Source: Meyerozyma guilliermondii
Taxonomy: Eukaryota
Direction of reading: 5' to 3'
NCBI GenBank assembly: GCA_051546255.1
Contig: CP128815.1
Coordinates: forward strand, 248,001-312,000
Length of the DNA stretch: 64,000 nt
How positions within the stretch are numbered: position 1 is the stretch's first letter; the number at the start of each line of letters is the position of its first letter. A program made the translations under genes and the position numbers. The notes below the pieces were generated by a model that was given only the letters and a program-made list of their open reading frames with translations, was not told the DNA's origin and made no database searches. Of the stretch, positions 9,822 through 20,081 are shown piece by piece.

Positions 9822-12800
9822 ATGAAGCTACTTTATCTCGACGAGCCCCGAACTTTGGTTCTTTATGGCTCTGGTCATAGTATGGCATTCCGGCAAGTGT
9901 CTCGCCGTGTTTCAGGTGGACCTAAGGCATCTGTGGCGGTGGAGCTTTTGCCCAATCTGGAGGTCACCAAATCAAAAGGGTTCAAAAGTCTTTTACAGAA
10001 AGATATATATGGCTGTCTTGGCCTTGTATCCATTGAGAAGCAGACATATTTGGCAGTGATCACGGGTGCTTCCACCAATGTTGCCAATCCAGTCAATTAC
10101 GAGTCGGTAGACAGAATCTTTGCGGTCGAATTTATTTCCCTTTCAAGTGACGAATGGGATTTTATTACCCTTGATACCAATGGCTATCCCGTCGGTGCCC
10201 TGGGAAGCCTGACTCCAGGAGGCTCTTATGACGAGTACGACTCCGATAATGGACCACGAACCGCCCATCCGTGCCATGAGTTGCGCAAGCTTTTATCGAA
10301 CGGCTCCTTCTACTTTTCCAACGATTTCGACTTGACACTGACTCTACAACTGCGTGGGGTGTCGCTAGACAAACTTCGTTCTGGTATGGATGGCACACGA
10401 AGACCCTCACTTGAGCATTTGCAAACCGAATACATGTGGAACTCCTTCATGATGGAAGAGCTTGTCCATTACAGATCAAATTTGGATCCAGTTGGTCGAA
10501 GCACCATTGACGATAGCGGATTTTTGACCACTGTGATCCGAGGCTTTGCCAGAAGTGTTCCAGTGCTGGGGTCGCTGGGTAATGCCGGTCGTGATACTAT
10601 GACCATCATTTCGAAGCAGTCGTGGAAAAGGGCAGGTACACGTTATAATGCTCGAGGAATGGACGATGATGGAAATGTAGCCAATTTCGTGGAGACAGAA
10701 TTCATCTACTACCAGCCATCCAAGGCACTGATTTATGCCTTTGTCGAAATCAGAGGGTCTGTACCTACATTTTGGGAGCAAGATCTGACACTCATTAATC
10801 CCAAAATCACTCTCACAAGATCGCTCGAAGCTACCCAGCCCATCTTTGATAAGCATTTCACTTCTATATGTGAAAAGTATGGCGTGTGCCATATCGTTAA
10901 TCTACTTTCAAAGACGAAACCTGCCGAAGTTGCCGTTCTGAAACAATATCACCAACTCTATTCTCATTCAAAGTTCCGTGATGAAATGTCCTTTTTGGAA
11001 TTTGACTTTCATGCTGAAACTAAGGCCCTGAGCGGAGGTTTCGCAGGGGCCACTAAAATCATGCCCATGCTTCACGATTCTTTGGAGCTGTTTGGATGGT
11101 TCTACTTTGATATGAACGAGGACGAAGTCGTCACTCGTCAAGATGGTGTATTCAGAGTCAACTGCTTGGACTGCTTAGACAGAACTAATCTCATTGAGCA
11201 GGTTATCTGCCAGCAGGTCTTGAAATACATCACTCAAAATCAATCTCACTCTCATGGAAATTCTTACAGGGATACTGCTAATTTGGAAGCATTGATCACG
11301 CGGCATAATACTTTATGGGCAGATAATGGAGATGCCATTTCACAAATTTACACCGGTACAAACGCTTTAAAATCTTCATTTACAAGGTCAGGAAAGATGA
11401 ACTTTGCAGGCGCACTTTCAGATGTCACCAAGTCTGTTTCAAGAATGTACCAGAACACCTTTGTTGACTCAAAAAAACAGTCGACTATGGATTTGCTTTT
11501 GGGATACGATGCCAAATCGGTGTCAGTGAAGATTTACGATCCCATTAACGAGTATGTCAATGACAAGCTTAAGAGCAGCGAGTCGGAGTTTACGAGCTGG
11601 TCCGATATAACCATTCAAGTTGGAACCTATAATGTGAATGCACTTACACCTGAGGCGGCAGCTTCAAGCAGCATGGATTTGAGCCAATGGTTGTTCCCGG
11701 TCGAAAATGTCGACCGTGAGTTGCCGGATATCTACGCTATAGGACTCCAGGAATTGATCGAGTTGAATGCTGGTTCTATTCTCAGCGCCGACATGACGAA
11801 GCCCCAAAAATGGGCAAAAGTTTTAGAACAGCATTTGAACTCTCAAGCAGAGCAATATTTATTACTTCGAACCGAGGCAATTGCTTCCATGGCATTATTT
11901 CTTTTTGTTAAAAAAACTCAGGTTTCAAAAGTTACGCAAGTATATGGTTCGTCAAAGAAAACTGGGTTGGGTGGAATGACAGCAAACAAAGGAGCGTGTT
12001 CGGTACGTTTTGAGTTTGGGTCCACCTCCATAGCATTGGTCACATCTCACTTAGCTGCTGGTACGAATGCAGTAGTTGAGCGCTACAATGATTACCTGAC
12101 TATCATGCTGGGACTCACGTTCACTCGGAACTATAAACTCACTGATCATGACCATATTTTGTGGTTTGGAGACCTCAACTACCGAATCTCCATGCCAAAC
12201 GAGTACTGTAGGAATTTGATTGAAAAGGGTGCTTTTGATGAATTGCTCGAGGCAGATCAATTGGTCCTGGAAATGTCGAACAAAGGTGCGTTTTCTGGCT
12301 TTAAAGAAGAACTAGTCAAGTTTTACCCAACATACAAATTTGACAAAGGCACTTCGAACTACGACACATCCGAGAAACAAAGAGTACCTTCCTGGACAGA
12401 CAGAATCGTCCACCGAAGCAACGCTGACAAGGGAAATCTTCGCCAGTTGAACTACCATTCGATTATGGACTTTTTTTTGAGTGATCATAAGCCAGTGTAT
12501 GCCTTATTTCAGTGCAAAGTCAAATTTGTGGACGAACCCAAGAGGAACAAGATGGCTAAAGAGCTCTATATATCATACAAGCAGGACCATAATGGTTCCG
12601 GATCATTATTGGAACTTGATGACGCACTCTCCTCGAGCGTTCTGAGCTCTTCCGACAGGTTCTCCATGGAGATTCTTTCGGAGATGAACTTGATAGATGA
12701 CTTACCCCACCTACCCCAAAGACCAGCTCCAGCTCCTGCAAAGTCTCCTCCTCGACGGGTACCTCCACCTCCACCTCCTCCGCTGCGACTGACAGCTAAT

Positions 12801-13205
12801 GGCAGCAATTTCAAAGACAAACCAATACCCAGAAAGTTGCCTCCACCTTTGACAAATCAAAAAGGCGATGTTCCTCCTCCAGCTCCTCCATCTAGAAAAA
12901 CGACACTTTCGCAGCCGGCACCTTCAAAGCCTCCAATTGGTTTCTCCACCGTACCACTTGTTCCCGGAAGATCAAACTCTGGCACTCCAAACTCGACAAA
13001 CGGTACCTCCTCCACGTCATCTCCTGCCATAGTATCACCCATGGTCCCTTCTAAACCAGCAAGCTTGTCATCTTATAAACCGACTCAAGTGCCAAATAAG
13101 CGATCCTCGCCTCAATCGTCAGAAGAAGCGACCAAGCGATCAACTACCAGCACTCCAGTACCTTCAAAGTCTTTGTCTGAATGGGCTCCATTAGTTCCAA
13201 AGTAG
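9822..13205 (+). CDS. INP53: Synaptojanin-like polyphosphoinositide phosphatase (Sac1 + 5-phosphatase + proline-rich tail), Inp52/Inp53 type
   Basis: Intact Sac1 CX5R motif (NCLDCLDRTN), 5-phosphatase motifs WFGDLNYRI and PSWTDRI, SDHKPV, C-terminal polyproline. Confidence 0.9.
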   Translation: MKLLYLDEPRTLVLYGSGHSMAFRQVSRRVSGGPKASVAVELLPNLEVTKSKGFKSLLQKDIYGCLGLVSIEKQTYLAVITGASTNVANPVNYESVDRIFAVEFISLSSDEWDFITLDTNGYPVGALGSLTPGGSYDEYDSDNGPRTAHPCHELRKLLSNGSFYFSNDFDLTLTLQLRGVSLDKLRSGMDGTRRPSLEHLQTEYMWNSFMMEELVHYRSNLDPVGRSTIDDSGFLTTVIRGFARSVPVLGSLGNAGRDTMTIISKQSWKRAGTRYNARGMDDDGNVANFVETEFIYYQPSKALIYAFVEIRGSVPTFWEQDLTLINPKITLTRSLEATQPIFDKHFTSICEKYGVCHIVNLLSKTKPAEVAVLKQYHQLYSHSKFRDEMSFLEFDFHAETKALSGGFAGATKIMPMLHDSLELFGWFYFDMNEDEVVTRQDGVFRVNCLDCLDRTNLIEQVICQQVLKYITQNQSHSHGNSYRDTANLEALITRHNTLWADNGDAISQIYTGTNALKSSFTRSGKMNFAGALSDVTKSVSRMYQNTFVDSKKQSTMDLLLGYDAKSVSVKIYDPINEYVNDKLKSSESEFTSWSDITIQVGTYNVNALTPEAAASSSMDLSQWLFPVENVDRELPDIYAIGLQELIELNAGSILSADMTKPQKWAKVLEQHLNSQAEQYLLLRTEAIASMALFLFVKKTQVSKVTQVYGSSKKTGLGGMTANKGACSVRFEFGSTSIALVTSHLAAGTNAVVERYNDYLTIMLGLTFTRNYKLTDHDHILWFGDLNYRISMPNEYCRNLIEKGAFDELLEADQLVLEMSNKGAFSGFKEELVKFYPTYKFDKGTSNYDTSEKQRVPSWTDRIVHRSNADKGNLRQLNYHSIMDFFLSDHKPVYALFQCKVKFVDEPKRNKMAKELYISYKQDHNGSGSLLELDDALSSSVLSSSDRFSMEILSEMNLIDDLPHLPQRPAPAPAKSPPRRVPPPPPPPLRLTANGSNFKDKPIPRKLPPPLTNQKGDVPPPAPPSRKTTLSQPAPSKPPIGFSTVPLVPGRSNSGTPNSTNGTSSTSSPAIVSPMVPSKPASLSSYKPTQVPNKRSSPQSSEEATKRSTTSTPVPSKSLSEWAPLVPK

Positions 13206-13310
13206 CATCGTCCATGCATTTTCGAAGTGGTTATTGAAACCAACTTTCATTAGGACTGTATATAACTTATATCGAATACATTTCCTGTGCCAACTTTAGC
13301 GGTGTTGATA

Positions 13311-13970
13311 ATGAGCAGAAGAATCAAGAATCTCTCGATTTCAGTGCCGATCCTATACGGTAATAATGCGTACAAACTTGCTCCAGAACAGCGTACTTCA
13401 AGAACACCTCCAGACCACACTCATATATGGACTGTGTTTTTGAAACCAGTGTTAGAAGATGTCGACTTGACACCATTAATCAAAAAAGTGACATTCAAAT
13501 TGCATGATACTTACGATACACCTGTTCGAACTGTAGAATACCCACCTTATGAGGTCACGGAAACCGGATGGGGAGAATTCGAAATCATCATCAAGATACA
13601 TTTCCATCCTGGAGCCGAGTTGGGAATCAATGAAAAGAACTTTCAAATTTTCCATGCTTTAAAACTCCATCCCTTCAATCCACAACAGCCGAAACGTGAA
13701 AATGGAGAAGTTCATTCCGTGCTTTTTGACGAACTTGTGTTTATGGAGCCTACAGAAAAGGTGTTTGAAATTCTCACACAAAAACCAGTAAACATGCTTC
13801 CATACGAATTGAAAGATCCCGAAAAGCGAGATCAAGAATATATCCGCTCTGATGAAACTGACGAGCTCGGAAGGCTCGAATTGTACTGTAACAAGGTAAA
13901 GGATGAGATAGAAAACCAGAGGAATGAATACAAAGATCTCGAACAAGAAAAGGTGGCCTTGTTACAATGA
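13311..13970 (+). CDS. YAF9: YEATS-domain subunit of NuA4/SWR1
   Basis: HTHIWTVF, KKVTFKLHDTY, ETGWGEFEI, C-terminal coiled coil. Confidence 0.95.
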   Translation: MSRRIKNLSISVPILYGNNAYKLAPEQRTSRTPPDHTHIWTVFLKPVLEDVDLTPLIKKVTFKLHDTYDTPVRTVEYPPYEVTETGWGEFEIIIKIHFHPGAELGINEKNFQIFHALKLHPFNPQQPKRENGEVHSVLFDELVFMEPTEKVFEILTQKPVNMLPYELKDPEKRDQEYIRSDETDELGRLELYCNKVKDEIENQRNEYKDLEQEKVALLQ

Positions 13971-14105
13971 AAATGAACAAGAAAAGGTACAAATAAAATA
14001 AACTCTTGAAATGTTGTTGAATGCTAGGCTGCTATGTTATTATTTTTGGCTCTGCTAATCAATTTGTGGCACGTTAATCGTCGTATAATCATAATTCGTT
14101 TCTTA

Positions 14106-14714
14106 TCAGGAGAAATACGCCATATACTGGTCTACTACAGCTCCCAACTCCTCAAAAGAAGCTCCAAATTTTTCGTGGCTGCCGTACACCCTTGGGTTCA
14201 TTCGAATGGGCATTTTGCACCTTACTCTCCACTCAGTATCAACGACTACCATATAGTTGAGTGGATATGAACCTCCTCCCAAAGGGTCCAAAATTCCAAA
14301 GTAGGATGCTATTTGATGGCACTCTCGGTTACTGGTGTGAGCGGTACACCTCACTTTATCAGCCAATGTTTCTATATTGGATGAAACATAGAGTACATTA
14401 TCGTAGTTCAAGCACTGCATCTCCGACACATGGTCTTTTCCTTCGACACCCAAGAAGAACATAAATGTTGGCTCAAAACCAGTTCCTGGCATCATTTCCA
14501 GATCATCTTGAATGTCCTTCCTTCGAGATAGACATTCTAGAATGATATTTTTTGTGGTATCTTCGATTGTGGAGGAATTTTTCACCGATGAGATTCCTGG
14601 TGGTAGTACCTGTGGCTTGGAAGCTAATTTACGAGAAGGCACCAATTTCACATCTCCTGAGAAGTAGGATTTCTGAACTTGAGGCACCTCAAGACAGCAA
14701 TATTCCCTCTTCAT
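14106..14714 (-). CDS. Hypothetical protein, possible degenerate thioredoxin/peroxiredoxin-like fold
   Basis: 202-aa ATG ORF filling an intergenic gap. IASYFGILDP...YMVVVD..WRVR resembles the C-terminal half of AhpC/TSA folds. Confidence 0.55.
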   Translation of the reverse strand: MKREYCCLEVPQVQKSYFSGDVKLVPSRKLASKPQVLPPGISSVKNSSTIEDTTKNIILECLSRRKDIQDDLEMMPGTGFEPTFMFFLGVEGKDHVSEMQCLNYDNVLYVSSNIETLADKVRCTAHTSNRECHQIASYFGILDPLGGGSYPLNYMVVVDTEWRVRCKMPIRMNPRVYGSHEKFGASFEELGAVVDQYMAYFS

Positions 14715-14869
14715 CAGGCTAGGATGAAAGATGGAGATGATCTCTGACTATATAGTGGTGTAGAGGTGTGGGGAACTTCAATACAAGAAAGTGGAGAACG
14801 CGAATCGAGCACCTGAAAAATGTGAGGGGAATCTGATGTCTAAATAATTCTAAAATGAAGTACCTGTTT

Positions 14870-17260
14870 CTATTTGCGTGAAATGATCAAGTTCTGAATG
14901 TGATCCATGAACAGCTGAAGACTTACGTCGTCTGTCAACACATCGAGCTGCCCACCATAGAGATGATTGGGGTTAGCAGCGTATGCCGTAGACGGGTTCA
15001 ATTTGGCCATTAAGAATCGAGCTTGACTGCCTCCATCATCACAGTCAATAAACCTCGGTAAGGGGAATCTGTCAATTAATATTTCCATGGCTTCTTGTTT
15101 TGGAGCCTCAAGAAATTTTTTAAAGTGTTCGTAGCCCTCCATGTCTTGGTACCCTGCTTTTCTCCATTCTGCAACACGCGAGCCGTGGTAGATCAATACC
15201 TGGAAAAATGTGTCTAGGAGTAGAATTTTGTTGGCACCGAGTGACATCGAATCAAGTAATACTGGTTCCGCTTCAGTATCTTCCGTATAAGTCTCGACGT
15301 CGTAGGAAAGTAATGTAGGCTGAATGATTATAAGTGAATTATTGACGTCCTGCTGCATGAATATGTGTCGAAGATAACTTGTTTCGTCAGGAGAGTTATT
15401 GAACACTTTAATTAAGTTGGAACGACGCAAGTGATACAAAAATTGAGGCAAGAACGAATAGGTAGCAGATAGCTTGAACGACTTGGGTGCTCCCTTGGTA
15501 TACACGGCAACCCTGGCACAAAAGTCTATAAGTAACTGGTCCAATTGTTTCACCACATCTCCTTCTTCATAGGTTGTGCCATTGGTCGATTGAAGCTTAT
15601 TAATGCTGTCTCTAGCAATGAGTACCACTGCTGCTTCTTGGTCAAACCCGGCTTCAAGATTTTGCATGTCGGCATCTGGAACTACAGCAATCGGTACTGT
15701 GGTGACTCGAAGTCTTAATTCTCCACTGGGATGCTGGTAGTGGTATAAAAACTGAATGTAGGAATGACCCAAATTGTTGGAGTCCAACTTGTCAAAATAA
15801 AGTGCAAATGATGTTTGAGTACTTGTGCTGCAAAGCTTCCATGAATTTGTATTACCCTCACCAACCACAGTCTTGGAGATCGACTTTTCTATGTGAGGAG
15901 CATTCTTTCGAGGAGGCAACGATGTTGCATTACCTATGAGACCTTGGATTTGTAAGTCTGGAGTCACTCGGCATTCCAAGGTAGCATTGAACCCCATTTC
16001 GAGGTATCCCGTATCGACACCTTCTTCGTACTGTTTGAAGAATTTAGCGAAACTCAGCTTGAAGATTGACGTATTGAAAGAGTCACTCATTATCACGGTT
16101 CCGCCTGTTTTACTGCATACATCGTCCATCTCGTAGAGTCCAACTTGATCGTAGCTGCACACGAAGAAATCACAACTGATACCCAAACCTACCAATACCG
16201 TAGCAATACTCTCGTAGAACTTCTTTGCATTTTTGGACAACGTCAAGTCCACCTTGGTAGTCCCATTCATCTGAGGAACGGAAGGTAATTGTGTTTGATT
16301 GGCTTTTTCAATATCGTGATGCGAACGGAACGGTTCTTTAAGCTGTGAACCTACGATTTTTCCTGGTCCAAAAGTACAAGCACCGCCAATAAAACACATC
16401 AAATGGCCACCTACAGAGGTGCTTTCGCCAAGAATTGACTTGAGTAATGTGGACGCTATGTTCACAGCAGCACCAGTGGCTCGAGCGGGCCGTTCTCGAG
16501 ACTGCTTGAAGGGAAACAGATTGGTGACTAAATTTTCAAGAACTGAGGTAAATTCGTACTCCACAACATTAACTGGCTGAAGGAACCTCACCCCCACGGA
16601 ACCAAGTACCAGTGTCACCGGATCACCAGTATTTACATTAGTACGCAATCCGGCTGAAAGAATTCCTAAAGCTTTTTGTAACTGCTCAACCGAGTATTTC
16701 TTGTCTCCATTGAAACAGTGGACTCTAGGAACCCCATGGGACGTGAATTCATGGATCAGAACATGTTTTCCGTACGATATGAGCCCCACAAGAGCATTTT
16801 CTGGAAGTAATGAAAGTGATGTCATCAACAGTTCCTTGAGCGACTGGTAGATATCCTCCACATCTTCACCATGGAAGCATGTGTCTACTACGTACAAGAA
16901 TATGGGCGGAAGACTACTCTGTCGGCCAGTACGGTATTCTATCGTTGTTGCTTGTTGTTGAAGACCAATTGGAATCGTACCTGGCTCCGCCGTTATTCTG
17001 TTTCCGAAGCTACAAAATTGACAGTAGTACACTTCAGGCTGCTGCTCCGTGATCGTCACATAAGGATTGATGAAAGCACCACACTGGCGGCATGTTATAG
17101 CTTGCAGAGATTCTCCTTGAAGTACCTCGGATCGAGAATTGAGTGGTGTGTATATGGTACCTAAAGGTATGACATTCCGTTGATGCTGGAGCTTTGACTT
17201 CGGAACACAATTCCACGAGAGACGGACCCCGTCGTCGTCTTCACGTTTTTCAAAATCCAT
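14870..17260 (-). CDS. SEC23: COPII Sec23-family protein (divergent paralog)
   Basis: MDFEKREDDDGVRLSWN start, zinc finger CRQC/CQFC, PPIFLYVVDTC, arginine-finger region GGSQARFL. Confidence 0.9.
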   Translation of the reverse strand: MDFEKREDDDGVRLSWNCVPKSKLQHQRNVIPLGTIYTPLNSRSEVLQGESLQAITCRQCGAFINPYVTITEQQPEVYYCQFCSFGNRITAEPGTIPIGLQQQATTIEYRTGRQSSLPPIFLYVVDTCFHGEDVEDIYQSLKELLMTSLSLLPENALVGLISYGKHVLIHEFTSHGVPRVHCFNGDKKYSVEQLQKALGILSAGLRTNVNTGDPVTLVLGSVGVRFLQPVNVVEYEFTSVLENLVTNLFPFKQSRERPARATGAAVNIASTLLKSILGESTSVGGHLMCFIGGACTFGPGKIVGSQLKEPFRSHHDIEKANQTQLPSVPQMNGTTKVDLTLSKNAKKFYESIATVLVGLGISCDFFVCSYDQVGLYEMDDVCSKTGGTVIMSDSFNTSIFKLSFAKFFKQYEEGVDTGYLEMGFNATLECRVTPDLQIQGLIGNATSLPPRKNAPHIEKSISKTVVGEGNTNSWKLCSTSTQTSFALYFDKLDSNNLGHSYIQFLYHYQHPSGELRLRVTTVPIAVVPDADMQNLEAGFDQEAAVVLIARDSINKLQSTNGTTYEEGDVVKQLDQLLIDFCARVAVYTKGAPKSFKLSATYSFLPQFLYHLRRSNLIKVFNNSPDETSYLRHIFMQQDVNNSLIIIQPTLLSYDVETYTEDTEAEPVLLDSMSLGANKILLLDTFFQVLIYHGSRVAEWRKAGYQDMEGYEHFKKFLEAPKQEAMEILIDRFPLPRFIDCDDGGSQARFLMAKLNPSTAYAANPNHLYGGQLDVLTDDVSLQLFMDHIQNLIISRK

Positions 17261-17337
17261 GAATGCTGTGATCCGGAGATCGGGTATGGGTCGCGAGACG
17301 CCATGGGCTGTGAATACTGTCGAGCAGACATCACGAC

Positions 17338-17379
17338 ACCCATACATAGCGCAACACACATAGTGCAACCCATACATAG
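17338..17379. repeat. Short imperfect tandem repeat (ACCCATACATAG twice, 30 bp apart, with an intervening ACACACATAG)
   Basis: Seen directly. On the minus strand it gives repeated TATGTA/TATGTG just downstream of MSK1. Confidence 0.7.
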
Positions 17380-17391
17380 GACACACTGTGC

Positions 17392-17399
17392 TATGTACA
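17392..17399 (-). promoter_or_regulatory. Puf3 element (TGTACATA) directly after the MSK1 stop codon
   Basis: Minus strand reads TAA|TGTACATAG. Confidence 0.6.
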
Positions 17400-19034
17400 T
17401 TATTGTCTAACTACGTCTCTGATGGTTCCGAATGGAAGAACTTGTGAGATTCTGGACGCTCCAGAGAAAAGCATTACGAGACGATCGATTCCACATCCCC
17501 ATCCTCCAGTAGGAGGAAGTCCGTATTCCATCACTCGCGCATACTGCCAATCTGGGACAAGAGCCTCGGGATCATGGTGGTCCAGTTTTGCAGCCTGTTG
17601 AATTTTGAACTTGGAAACTTGGGCAAAAGGCGAATTCTCCTCTTCGTAAGAGTTCACGTACTCTTTTCCGTCTATAAAGAGCTCAAATCTACTTGAGATC
17701 TCATGTGGATGATTACTGTAGGTTCTGGTGGTGGACTTGGCTAGAGGTGACAACGCTGCTGGCTGATTGTAGAAGATTACCGGCTCCTTTGAAGCTAGCG
17801 AGAGTGGTTCGAGGTAAAGGGAAGAAAGCTCGTCGAGAAGACTGGCGGGTGATTTGTTGGAAGGTAACGCAGCGCCTATTTTGTGAAAGTATTCAACAAG
17901 TGCGTTTGAGTCCATTTTCTTGGGGAAAGGATGACCGGTAATTTCTTGTATCGTGGGTATGAATTCATAGCGACGGAAGTTCCTCGATGCCAATGGCTCT
18001 AATGACGTAAGATGCTGGTCCAAAAGTTTTAATTTGGTCCGATGTGTGCTCAACGAGCTGTGTATGTGGGCAAACAAATCTTGAGTGATTTCCATGAGTT
18101 CCTCGAGGGACAAGAACAGCTGGTAGAATTCACAGGTGTAAAATTCAGGATTGTGTGTCGCATCAACTCCCTCGTTACGAAAAGATGGTCCAATTTCAAA
18201 CACCTTATCAAAGCCCGAAATAACGAGCCTTTTCAACCAAAGCTCCGGAGCAACCCGAAGTGAAAGAGACTCCTCTTCCAGCAGCCCAAGGGCTCTCAGT
18301 GCAGTTTTGAATGGTTGGGCGTTTGCACCCGTACCGTTTCCAGCCAAAAGCGGAGTTTGCACTTCCAAAAATTGTCGCTGAAGGAAAAAGCTACGAATAG
18401 CCTGAATCACAAGCGAACGAATCACCATGTGTTCCCGCAGCTCAGGCGAAACAATGTAGTCCAAGACCCTGTTCTTGTTTATAAGGCTTCTGTCGCTTAG
18501 TTTTTCGGGTATGGTGGTCAGATTTAAACATGGAGAAACAAGCTCAATGGGGCAGTTAAGCTTCAACGTCAACTCGCCTACATTAGTTGTCGAGGGAAAA
18601 CCAACAGCCACCACATAGTCGCCACTGCGAAGAAAGCTATGGTGTTGGTCGAAATCGTCCACGGACAATTCCATGAGTTTGTGGTGGGCCATTAGCTGCA
18701 CTTTCTCATCGTCTTGTACAAGATCCAAAAAGTAGATCCCTCGTCCCGACCGACGCACCAGCGATATACGACCTTCTATCTTGTGGCAAGCATCTATACG
18801 CTTTTGAGGGTGTTTGGAGAAATCGTAGCCACGAAACTGGGCGCAAAATTGAGGAACTCGAGATGCGACTGGTGCTTTTTGGGTGTATTTCTGGCGCACC
18901 TCGGAGATTGAAGGATAGTATTGAGGAGGATTTTCCGCAATGATCTGCTTACGGGGCAGATAAGTATCTGAATTCCAGCGTAGAACCACTCGGGATGGGC
19001 CAGATCGTGTCCATTGGATCGGTCGGCGTAACAT
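17400..19034 (-). CDS. MSK1: Mitochondrial lysyl-tRNA synthetase
   Basis: OB-fold region, LRVAPELWLKRL, FRNEGVDATHNPEF, YGLPPTGGWGCGIDRL; Arg-rich presequence. Confidence 0.95.
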   Translation of the reverse strand: MLRRPIQWTRSGPSRVVLRWNSDTYLPRKQIIAENPPQYYPSISEVRQKYTQKAPVASRVPQFCAQFRGYDFSKHPQKRIDACHKIEGRISLVRRSGRGIYFLDLVQDDEKVQLMAHHKLMELSVDDFDQHHSFLRSGDYVVAVGFPSTTNVGELTLKLNCPIELVSPCLNLTTIPEKLSDRSLINKNRVLDYIVSPELREHMVIRSLVIQAIRSFFLQRQFLEVQTPLLAGNGTGANAQPFKTALRALGLLEEESLSLRVAPELWLKRLVISGFDKVFEIGPSFRNEGVDATHNPEFYTCEFYQLFLSLEELMEITQDLFAHIHSSLSTHRTKLKLLDQHLTSLEPLASRNFRRYEFIPTIQEITGHPFPKKMDSNALVEYFHKIGAALPSNKSPASLLDELSSLYLEPLSLASKEPVIFYNQPAALSPLAKSTTRTYSNHPHEISSRFELFIDGKEYVNSYEEENSPFAQVSKFKIQQAAKLDHHDPEALVPDWQYARVMEYGLPPTGGWGCGIDRLVMLFSGASRISQVLPFGTIRDVVRQ

Positions 19035-20081
19035 TGAGGAGGATGAGTGAGTATGATTTGGTCAGAATGCAGGACCGAGACATCGGCCGAGCAGTGACAC
19101 AAAGGGAAACACACCAGCAACAAAGGGCAGAGCAGGGGCGTCCAAATCGGGGAATGAAAATACGGGTCAGAGATTAAAATTAGGTGTAGAAGAGGAGTAG
19201 GAGAAGAGTAGAGAGGAGTAGGAGAGATAGATCAGAGTTGAAGATTTTGTACCTTGTAATCCTCATAGTTAAAAGATATTCAACAATAATACTCACTGGG
19301 CTAGCCGATGACGCACAACTGCGAATCCTAGCCTCAGCGTTGCGGCGGCGCGAATCAGCGGCTGCGAATTGCACTAAAAATAGGTCGCAGCAGAATGAGA
19401 GAAGTTGCATTACCATGCCGCGGCAGTTGTCAATGCTACTTGATTCAGTAGAGGATAAGGTGTTGGACGGTGTCTATATGATGTGTGAGTGTGTTTGACC
19501 TTCTTTTCAAGTCCAAATTTTTTCTTAGTTCCCTTTCTCTTCTCGTACTTCTTTCTGTTTTTCCGCTAATTTCACCTCTATTTTTCTCTGCACAGTCTCA
19601 CCGGCTAACGGCGGTGCAGCATGTTGCATCGTCTAGCTTGGGTACCCAGCCGGCCAAGAAGAAAAATTTTAAACATCGTATACTGTAAGTTGCAGATCGC
19701 CCCACTTGATCTACTTCTTTGTACCTCTACATTGTGCCCATTTTTACCCCTCCCAATCCGGCAGGTCCTTCGTCTAAACTATTGTCCGCGACTCAACGCG
19801 TGAACTGTGAGAAAAAAGGATTTCGTAACTCTTGTTGCGACTACTAAATTATTGATCTGGTGCCACCCTGTGCCATCACAATCCATAAACAGATCCAGGT
19901 ATCCTCTCTGTTACTAGTGATTGCCTGATCCATTTTTCCAGTGCTGATATCCGCTTTTTACAAAAAAGTCGGCTTTCTCACCGTCCACTTCCAACTCACT
20001 CTACTACCCCCTAGGCTCGTTGCTTCGACTGATTTTACCATAAAGTACTTAAAGAGGCTCGATTGATCGGCCACTCTACTC

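Noticed and set aside
17261..17386. Cys-rich N-terminal extension of SEC23 (MCPMYGLHYVCC...)
   Set aside because: Non-ATG start; it is translation through the intergenic repeat, and the conserved start is MDFE at 17260.
19035..20081. Small ORFs in the 1-kb MSK1-BEM2 intergenic region
   Set aside because: Short, low-complexity and mostly non-ATG; the region looks like a divergent promoter/5'UTR with purine and pyrimidine tracts.
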